DNA of 64,000 nucleotides from Myxococcota bacterium (lineage in GTDB: Bacteria > Myxococcota_A > SURF-8): positions 576,001 through 640,000 of the forward strand of contig CAXXQS010000001.1 of assembly GCA_963674735.2 (NCBI GenBank), read 5' to 3'. Both the position numbers and the translations under genes were made by a program. Each line of letters opens with the position of its first letter. Positions within the stretch are counted from its first letter, which is position 1. The notes below the pieces were generated by a model. That model saw only the letters and a list, made by a program, of their open reading frames with translations. It did not search any database and had not been told where the DNA came from. Below are positions 56,800-64,000 of the stretch, piece by piece.

Positions 56800-59286
56800 T
56801 CAGGCGTCCTGTATATTCCGCTTCAAGACCGCTAGCGCCACGAAATAACCCAGTGCGCCCACCAGGCAGGTGGCGGTGATGCCGAAGCCGATGGAAATGA
56901 TCATGGCCAAAACCGAGCCGGTAACCGACAGCGCCCCGTTGATGGCCCACAGCCAGGGCGTCGCGCGTTTAAGTTGTCGACCGGCGCAATGCAGGCCGAT
57001 GGGAAACGCCGCTCCCATGGGAACACCCAGCAGAAACATCAGCCCGATGGACAGAAAGATGCGCGGAGTCAAGGGACTGCCGTGCAAGGCGGATAGCAGC
57101 GCTGGAAGTCCCAGAGCCGCCGCCAGGGTCACCACGAAGGCCAGAACGATCATCCACCAGCCGTGCTTCAGCGCACCCTCTCGTTCGAGGAACCAGCGGC
57201 CGGTCAGCCACGACCCCAGCCCGGTGGCCAGCAGAATCGAGAAAAGAACCACCGCCAGCGAATAAACCGGATGACCCAGAAACAGCGTCAGGCGTTGGAT
57301 GGTGCCGATTTCAACGAGGATGAAGCTTAGCCCGATCGCGGAGAAATACAAGGCGTGTCTGAAGAGCATGCCGCGCGGCAAGGGTTCGCGTTTTTGACCG
57401 CGTTCATGCAACCACAGCGGGACGAACAGGCCAAGCGCCGAGAGCAGGGTCATTAGTACGAACAGCAGCACCAAAACCGCTACGGCGCGGACGTTGAAGC
57501 TTGTCACCCATTGATCCTGAAGCTTGAGACTGAACACGTCGGAAAAACGCAACATGTTGAAAAAGAAAGGAGAATCGTCGGTAGGCGGCGAGATGTCGAG
57601 ATCGAAATCGGCGATCGCTTGGGTATGGGTGGCCGGGTCGAGCACGTCGGCGAAAGCGGCCAGACCGGCATGCCGTGGTGTCAGCAGAACCTGGAACTTG
57701 TAGCGCTTGCAGATTTCCTCAAAGGTATCGATATCCGCTTTCGTTAAGGGACGGCGCGAGACGATGATGGTGCCGACGCCGTTGGGCGCGCCGCCTTCAC
57801 GGGTGCCGCCCACATCTTCGGGCGGGACCATGTCGGCGTCGTAATCGGTGGTGGCGATCAATACGTGATCGCGCGGATTCTCGGCCCCGATATTGCGCAG
57901 CGCCGCATAGGCGAGCGAGGTGCAGCGGATCATTTCGCCCGGCCGATCCGACATCCACCAGCGCGACATGGTCAGGACGCCGCGATCCTCCGTGAGATGA
58001 TTGAGAAATTCCGTCCACCCCTCTTCGGTGTACAGGCTGTTTTCGGTGAGCACGAAGGCTCCGGCGCTGGTGGCCGCCCAGCTATCGATCAGGGAGGCCT
58101 GAATCACATCGAAACGCTCGTCGCTGCGCTCGATCCATGAGCGCGCCTCGTCGTTAATGAAGCGGACCTTTTTGTGTTGGTCCAGGTGCCCGGTAAAGGA
58201 ACCCAGGGTGTCGTTGATCAGTTTGAGAATGTCGCGGTTAATCTCCACTCCCGTGACGCGCTTGGGATTGGCCAGCAGAGACATCAGGATGTCGCGGCCG
58301 CCGCCGGTGCCGATCACCAGCACGTCGCTTTCGGGACGCAAATGATGCGCCAACGCTGTTACATCGTAACGAAGATGCCTGATTTCACTTTCTTTTCCCG
58401 TGTATTTGGTGATGACGGTGCCCGCCGCGGCGTCGATGGTCAAGAAAACCTGCTGCGGCTCGACCTGCGGTTTGTAAACGGTCGACATGCCCCAGGCAAA
58501 CGGACCTTTCAGCAGATCATGGAACACGGTAATGACCGAGTGGCTGTTCCACACCTCCACCATCGGCGCTTCTTCGAGCGGTTCGGCCATGGGACTGCCG
58601 TAGACGTTTTTCACCCACTTGATGCGCAGCAGACGGAAGTGCGGTTGCAGAAGCGTCATGATCAGCAGCAGGCCCGCCAAACCCCAGACCAATTTTCGCC
58701 AAGGCCCTCGGGCTCTTCCCCAAGTGAAGGCGGCACCGCCCGTCGCGGCCAAAAAGGCCCCGAACAGCACCATGCCCGGCCCGGTCAGCGGCCGCATCAG
58801 CACCCATAAAAGCAGGCAGCCGATGGCCGCGCCGATGAGATCGACGGCGTATAAACGTCCGACTTGACCGGGAAAGCGCGTCAGAACCAGGCTGACCAGA
58901 ATACCCGAAAGCACAAACGGGATGGTGATCAGCGCAAACGCGCTCAAGACGGTCGTCAGGCCCAGGAAAGTCAGGGTCGGGATGAAAGGAATCTGCAAAT
59001 GCACCCAGAACGTCACCACGACGGACAGGGCGAACAGAAAACCCAGACGGCCCAAGATATCGTGAATGCGTTCCTGGGGAAACCACTTCGGGCGTACGTA
59101 GGTGATGACCGCGCCGAAGGACATGCCGAACATCGCTACCGAAATGGCCATGAAGGCGAAGTGATACCACATCGTAACCGAAAAGATGCGGGTATAGGTG
59201 ATTTCGAGCAGCAGGGTGGCGCAGGTCGTGAGGGCCAGACCGATGCTCAAACTACGGGAAGGGACTGTCGGGTTGTTCATCATCAA
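56800..59286 (-). CDS. Membrane protein with spermidine-synthase-like domain, paralog of 49840-52218
   Basis: RIFSVTMWYH, VLVIGTGGGRD, GVEIN, DEARS, TENSLYT, WAING. Confidence 0.82.
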   Translation of the reverse strand: MMMNNPTVPSRSLSIGLALTTCATLLLEITYTRIFSVTMWYHFAFMAISVAMFGMSFGAVITYVRPKWFPQERIHDILGRLGFLFALSVVVTFWVHLQIPFIPTLTFLGLTTVLSAFALITIPFVLSGILVSLVLTRFPGQVGRLYAVDLIGAAIGCLLLWVLMRPLTGPGMVLFGAFLAATGGAAFTWGRARGPWRKLVWGLAGLLLIMTLLQPHFRLLRIKWVKNVYGSPMAEPLEEAPMVEVWNSHSVITVFHDLLKGPFAWGMSTVYKPQVEPQQVFLTIDAAAGTVITKYTGKESEIRHLRYDVTALAHHLRPESDVLVIGTGGGRDILMSLLANPKRVTGVEINRDILKLINDTLGSFTGHLDQHKKVRFINDEARSWIERSDERFDVIQASLIDSWAATSAGAFVLTENSLYTEEGWTEFLNHLTEDRGVLTMSRWWMSDRPGEMIRCTSLAYAALRNIGAENPRDHVLIATTDYDADMVPPEDVGGTREGGAPNGVGTIIVSRRPLTKADIDTFEEICKRYKFQVLLTPRHAGLAAFADVLDPATHTQAIADFDLDISPPTDDSPFFFNMLRFSDVFSLKLQDQWVTSFNVRAVAVLVLLFVLMTLLSALGLFVPLWLHERGQKREPLPRGMLFRHALYFSAIGLSFILVEIGTIQRLTLFLGHPVYSLAVVLFSILLATGLGSWLTGRWFLEREGALKHGWWMIVLAFVVTLAAALGLPALLSALHGSPLTPRIFLSIGLMFLLGVPMGAAFPIGLHCAGRQLKRATPWLWAINGALSVTGSVLAMIISIGFGITATCLVGALGYFVALAVLKRNIQDA

Positions 59287-59641
59287 TTACCGCCTGATAT
59301 CGTCGAACAAAGTCGGTTTCTTATAGCCGAAATGTCGAGCCATGGCAACGATTTCCACATTCGATGCTGTGTCATGGAGGCGGTTCGTTTTTTCCATCCT
59401 GGGCGGTCGAAACCGAAATTCCGGTGGTTTGACTGAAAAAAGCTTGCATTGGTTGCCGTTACGGTTATAATTTGAACCATACGTTTTCTTGCCGAAATAG
59501 CATTACGAAGTCTCGCCACTTCACGATCAGCGGACGAAACAACCAGGCATTAGGGGAGTTGTCTCGCGGTTCCCGGTGTCCGCTTTTTTGCGCTTCTGTG
59601 AAGCCGTTGTGCTGTTATCCACTTTGAATGATGGGTGAAGA

Positions 59642-61153
59642 GTGATGAAACGATTGTCAAATTACGATGTTACGTCTCGGTTCGCCTCGCTTCCATTGCG
59701 GGCTTTGCTGTTGATTTCGATGTTTGCAGTGCTGCTCGGCGGTTGTGCGGATGACGATTGCGATTGCAACTGTGACCTCGACGGCGACCAGGAGACAATC
59801 GATGGCGATTCCGATGGCGACCAGGAGATAACTGACTGTGATTCCAATGGCGATCCCGACGGCGATCCCGATGGCGACCTTTCGGAGGCGGATGCCGCCG
59901 AATCGGATTTCGAGACGGTGGATGGGGAATCCGATGACGAGATGGACGACGAAGGCGAAAATGACGTAAAACCGGTGTGTTTTCCGAGTGATGCGACCTC
60001 GGCTTCGACGATTGCCATCGATTCGCAGGGACGTTGGGTGGTGGCGGGCAAGCGCACGCCGGACCGACAGCATTCCGATGCGTTGCTGGCGCGTTTTCTG
60101 TCGGATGGCGCGCCCGATACCGAATTCCCGGGAAATGGTTGCGTCTCTTTGTCGCTGTCGTTGGAGAATGATTCGGCGGGCGTGGTCGTGATCCAGCCCG
60201 ACAAAAAACTGTTGCTCAGCATCGGTTTTACCGGGGGCGGGCATCACGGAATCGCGGTTTTGCGTCTGCATGACGACGGCAGCTTGGATACCGACTTTGC
60301 CGAGCGCGGCCGCTTTTCTTACACCACGGAATCTGCTGCGGACGGCGGGGTGGGGTCGATTTTCGTTCTTCCGGACGGAAAAATCCTGCTGGTGGGCGGG
60401 ATCGACGACAGCCTCGGCAACTCGACTGTTTTCCTGCGGCTGAACGAAGATGGTTCCTTGGATGATAGCTTCGGCGACGGCGGCGTGGTGCGGACCGCCA
60501 ATCCGGCGGCGGCGCGGGCCATTCTCCAGGACGACGATAAGATTGTCCAGGCGGGTTATCACAGGGAGCCCGGCGAATATCTCAAATACGCATTGTACCG
60601 CTATCTGCCGGACGGCAGCCCGGACGAAAGTTTCGGTGAACATGGGATGGCGGTCACCACCGGCGGCGCGATCGGCGGGGAGCATCTTTCGGATGTCGTT
60701 CGGTTGGCGGATGGTTCCTACTTCGCGGTGGGGGATTCCTATCCCGATGACTGGACGGATGTCAAAGATTCGGCGGCGGTCCGCTTCGCGGCGGATGGGA
60801 CTCCCGACGAAGACTTCGCTCCCGGCGGCGTGTTCGTGATCGAGGTGGGACCGATCGACATACCCAGGCGTATTGCTTTCGACGCGCAGGGAGGAATTTG
60901 GGTTCTGGGGAATCAGTTTTCCTTCGACTCGAGCAACCCGAGCTTCCATACCGGATATCTGGCGCGTTTCACAGCGGACGGAATTCTGGATACCAGCTAC
61001 GCCGACGAAGGAATCCGTCTCATCGATATCGATCCGAACGGCACCTCGCTCTCCGATTTTGCATTTTTAGCCGACGGAAACTTGGTCGTGGTCGGGTTGA
61101 CCGGCGACTTGCAAAGCGGGCGGAAGATACTGGTTCTCCCCATCATCCCCTGA
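59642..61153 (+). CDS. Lipoprotein with DGD linker and delta-60 (beta-propeller) repeats
   Basis: LLGGC lipobox; repeated RLxxDGSLDxxF and PDGKILLVG. Confidence 0.85.
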   Translation: MMKRLSNYDVTSRFASLPLRALLLISMFAVLLGGCADDDCDCNCDLDGDQETIDGDSDGDQEITDCDSNGDPDGDPDGDLSEADAAESDFETVDGESDDEMDDEGENDVKPVCFPSDATSASTIAIDSQGRWVVAGKRTPDRQHSDALLARFLSDGAPDTEFPGNGCVSLSLSLENDSAGVVVIQPDKKLLLSIGFTGGGHHGIAVLRLHDDGSLDTDFAERGRFSYTTESAADGGVGSIFVLPDGKILLVGGIDDSLGNSTVFLRLNEDGSLDDSFGDGGVVRTANPAAARAILQDDDKIVQAGYHREPGEYLKYALYRYLPDGSPDESFGEHGMAVTTGGAIGGEHLSDVVRLADGSYFAVGDSYPDDWTDVKDSAAVRFAADGTPDEDFAPGGVFVIEVGPIDIPRRIAFDAQGGIWVLGNQFSFDSSNPSFHTGYLARFTADGILDTSYADEGIRLIDIDPNGTSLSDFAFLADGNLVVVGLTGDLQSGRKILVLPIIP

Positions 61154-61266
61154 TGCGGTGATGATCCGCTCAGAGCGGAAAGCCTGAAAAGACCGTCTCG
61201 CCTCTTGCGGGGTTCATCGGCCTGTGGTAGCACGGACCGACGGATTTAAACGCAGGAGGTTGGATC

Positions 61267-63267
61267 ATGCGGCGTTTTACATTTTCGATAGCAATACTTT
61301 TCTCACTCTGTCTGCTCGTGTCGACGGGGTGCCAGGGTCCGGATATCAAACCCGACGTTCCGACGAGCGCCGCGCCGCCGCCCATTTCCGTTGATCCTCT
61401 GCAAGATCCCAACTCCATCGAGGCCTACATGGCCATCCGTTCGGCCGGGTCGCCGGACGTGCAGGCCGACGGGGTGCTGTATTACATGACCTGGATTACC
61501 GGCGTCGAGCAGCTTTATCGCCACACCGAACAGGGTCCGCAGGCGGTGACGGGCGAGCCGTTTTTTCCCGAAGGTATCGACTTTTATACGATTTCTCCCT
61601 CCGGCGCTTATGCCGTGGTGGGGGCGGATCACGGCGGCGACGAGCAGTTCGACCTCTATCTGGTCAACCTTGAATGCGACTGCGAGTTGCCCGTTCCCAT
61701 CGATATGGACCGCAGCGTGCGAGTCGATTCGCCCCTGTGGATGCCCGACGAATCGGCCGTCATCTATCGCTCCACACGCCGTAACGGCCGGGACTTCGAT
61801 CTATGGCGCTACACGCTCGAAAATAACGAAACGACGATTTTCCTGGAACGTGAGGGCTATAATTACCCAACGGACATCTCCGCCGATGGCAAAATGTTGA
61901 CTTTCGTGCGACACATGGGCGGCAGCTTGACCGACCTCTTTCTGCTCGACATCCCGAGCGGCGCGGTGCGCCAGTTGTCGCCGCAGGGCCGCACGAGCGG
62001 GGATTATTCTGGCGCGCGCTTTCTGGCCGATGGACGGCGCATTCTGTTGACCACCGACGATGGTCTGGAGATGGGCGCATTGGCGGTGATGGAACTGGAA
62101 AACGGAACCTGGAAGGTGTTGGGCGAGGACAAATGGCCGGTGGACGGCGTGGCGGTTTCGCCGGATCGAAGCCGGGCGGCGGTCATTCACAACGTGCACG
62201 GCACCAGCCGCCTGACGGTGCTCGACACGGCGTCTTGGGCGGTCATCGCTCAGCCGGAACTGCCGCTGGGTGTGATTTCCAGTGCCCACTTTGCCGAGGG
62301 AGCGGTATATGTCACCTATTCCAACGCCGTCAAGACCGGCGATATCTGGCGCTACGTGCTGGACGGCGGTCGTTTCGAGCCGCTGACCCGTTCGGATTAC
62401 GGACCGGTGGATGCGTCTTCCTTCCGGATGCCCGAACTGGTTTTTTATAAAAGCTTCGATGGCCGCGAAATTCCCGCCTATCTCTATCGTCCCCAGGGCT
62501 ACGACGGACGACCCGCGCCCTACATGATCTACGCCCACGGCGGACCCGAATCGCAATATCGCCCCGGCTTCATCCGTAACGTGCAGTACAACCTGTCCCA
62601 GGGAATCGGCATTCTGGCTCCCAACGTACGCGGCAGTGCGGGCTACACGCGCGAATATCTGAACCTCGACAACTACAAAAAACGTATGGACTCCATCAAA
62701 GATTTCAAGGCCGCCGCTGATTATCTCATCGAGGCGGGCATCGCCGACCCGGCGCGCCTGGGCATATACGGCGGCAGCTACGGCGGTTTCGTGGTCATGG
62801 CGGCCATCACGGAATACCCGGACCTCTTCGCGGCGGCGGTGAACTCGGTGGGGATCGTGAACTTCGTCACCTTTTTGCAAAACACCAAAGGCTACCGCCG
62901 TGCCGTGCGTGAAAGCGAGTACGGTCCGCTCAGCGACCCGGAGTTTTTGAAAAGCATCTCGCCCATTTTCAAGATCGAACGCGTGTTGACGCCGCTTTTG
63001 ATCGTCCATGGCGAAAACGATCCGCGCGTGCCGGTGGGCGAGGCGCGTCAAATCGTGAAAGCGCTTGAAGCGCGCGGGCAGGAAGTGCGGGCGGAGATCT
63101 TCGCCGACGAAGGTCATGGCTTGAGCAAACTCGAAAACCGCCTCGTCTACTATCGGATCTTGGCGGAATTTCTAAAAAAACACCTGAAGCCCGATCCCAG
63201 CGTGGAGGGTTCCGGCTGTTCGAGCGACGCTGCGTCCGTCGATGATATGGGTGTCTGCAGCGAGTAG
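61267..63267 (+). CDS. S9 family peptidase (prolyl oligopeptidase-like), lipoprotein
   Basis: HGGPE, GGSYGG, GENDPRV, DEGHG. Confidence 0.93.
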   Translation: MRRFTFSIAILFSLCLLVSTGCQGPDIKPDVPTSAAPPPISVDPLQDPNSIEAYMAIRSAGSPDVQADGVLYYMTWITGVEQLYRHTEQGPQAVTGEPFFPEGIDFYTISPSGAYAVVGADHGGDEQFDLYLVNLECDCELPVPIDMDRSVRVDSPLWMPDESAVIYRSTRRNGRDFDLWRYTLENNETTIFLEREGYNYPTDISADGKMLTFVRHMGGSLTDLFLLDIPSGAVRQLSPQGRTSGDYSGARFLADGRRILLTTDDGLEMGALAVMELENGTWKVLGEDKWPVDGVAVSPDRSRAAVIHNVHGTSRLTVLDTASWAVIAQPELPLGVISSAHFAEGAVYVTYSNAVKTGDIWRYVLDGGRFEPLTRSDYGPVDASSFRMPELVFYKSFDGREIPAYLYRPQGYDGRPAPYMIYAHGGPESQYRPGFIRNVQYNLSQGIGILAPNVRGSAGYTREYLNLDNYKKRMDSIKDFKAAADYLIEAGIADPARLGIYGGSYGGFVVMAAITEYPDLFAAAVNSVGIVNFVTFLQNTKGYRRAVRESEYGPLSDPEFLKSISPIFKIERVLTPLLIVHGENDPRVPVGEARQIVKALEARGQEVRAEIFADEGHGLSKLENRLVYYRILAEFLKKHLKPDPSVEGSGCSSDAASVDDMGVCSE

Positions 63268-63430
63268 GCTAAATTCGGATCGCAAGCCGTTGCTTCGAAG
63301 AAAAAGCGGTTGCCTTCCGGTTGTAAATTGGCCACAATAACGGTTCCGTATGGGTATCCGATTTCCAAGCCGGGGAGAGAATCCCGGCGCCGATCGCGAT
63401 TGTCGCTATTCCCCAGTTGGAGACTTCATC

Positions 63431-64000
63431 GTGAAGCATGTTTTTCTCATCGTTGCCGTGGTCCTGGTCGCGGGACTTTTCCTTTTCAAACTCGGCTGGT
63501 TGGAGCGTGGGCCGTCTCTGACGCGCATCGTGCCCGAGCGGGCTGCCCCCGGAAGCCTGATTACGCTTGAAGGTGACCGGCTGGGCGGCGATCCCGAACG
63601 GACGCTGGTGATGTTTAACGGTGTGGCTGCCGAAACGGAAAAGGTGAGTGAAAACGCGGTTCAGGTGCGGGTTCCCGCTACGGCGCATTCGGGGTTGGTG
63701 TCTGCGTTGGTGGGCGATGCCGCCAGCAACACGCTCTTTTTCGCGGTGGCGAATACGCCCGGCGACGAAACCGGTATGCCCACGCAAGCGCGCACGCCGC
63801 GCCAGCAGATGCCGCCGGGGATGCCGCCGTCCGAGATGGGCTCTTCCCCGTCCATGGAAGGCGGCGCACACGAGTTTTACGACCCGGCCACCGCGCGCGA
63901 TGCCATCGACTTCGAGCTGATCGACAAAGACGGCAAGCGTGTCAAGTTGTCGGATTACAAAGGGAAAACACTTGCATTGAACTTCTGGGCCACCTGGTGC
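63431..64000 (+). CDS. IPT/TIG domain + TlpA-like redoxin, truncated by the window end
   Basis: GTG start, signal peptide, IVPERAAPGSLITLEG, ends DFELIDKDGKRVKLSDYKGKTLALNFWATWC. Confidence 0.8.
   Translation, partial: MKHVFLIVAVVLVAGLFLFKLGWLERGPSLTRIVPERAAPGSLITLEGDRLGGDPERTLVMFNGVAAETEKVSENAVQVRVPATAHSGLVSALVGDAASNTLFFAVANTPGDETGMPTQARTPRQQMPPGMPPSEMGSSPSMEGGAHEFYDPATARDAIDFELIDKDGKRVKLSDYKGKTLALNFWATWC

Overview
The window has two halves. Positions 1 to about 31259 are a mosaic accessory/defence island that abuts the 3' end of a minus-strand tmRNA gene (31260-31611). The island carries an orphan AbiEi-like antitoxin, a DUF4258 + prokaryotic viperin pair followed by a probable kinase remnant, a tRNA-Leu 3' fragment (a second att-like site), a type I RM system, a Lamassu/ABC-three-component system, two orphan DNA methyltransferases, a serine recombinase, xis + tyrosine integrase and a DUF4062-HTH-HAD fusion. 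Its most unusual content is a translationally coupled HTH + MTase-fold-like + 775-aa group-II-like reverse transcriptase (YGDD) operon with no visible intron, retron or DGR hallmarks. Also unusual is an exactly conserved bipartite motif, TTCTGGCTTAG-N10-TTCTCAGTTGTTG, found upstream of four island transcription units. Positions about 31.6-64 kb look like GC-rich host chromosome (lifestyle consistent with a Deltaproteobacteria/Myxococcota-like organism, inference only): KAS III + sulfotransferase, queF, glyA, acyl-CoA ligase, YgiQ, two tandem ndk genes, rlmN, a duplicated spermidine-synthase-like + GT-C module with an MBOAT, lipoproteins and an S9 peptidase. All family calls come from motifs read by eye; no database searches were run.
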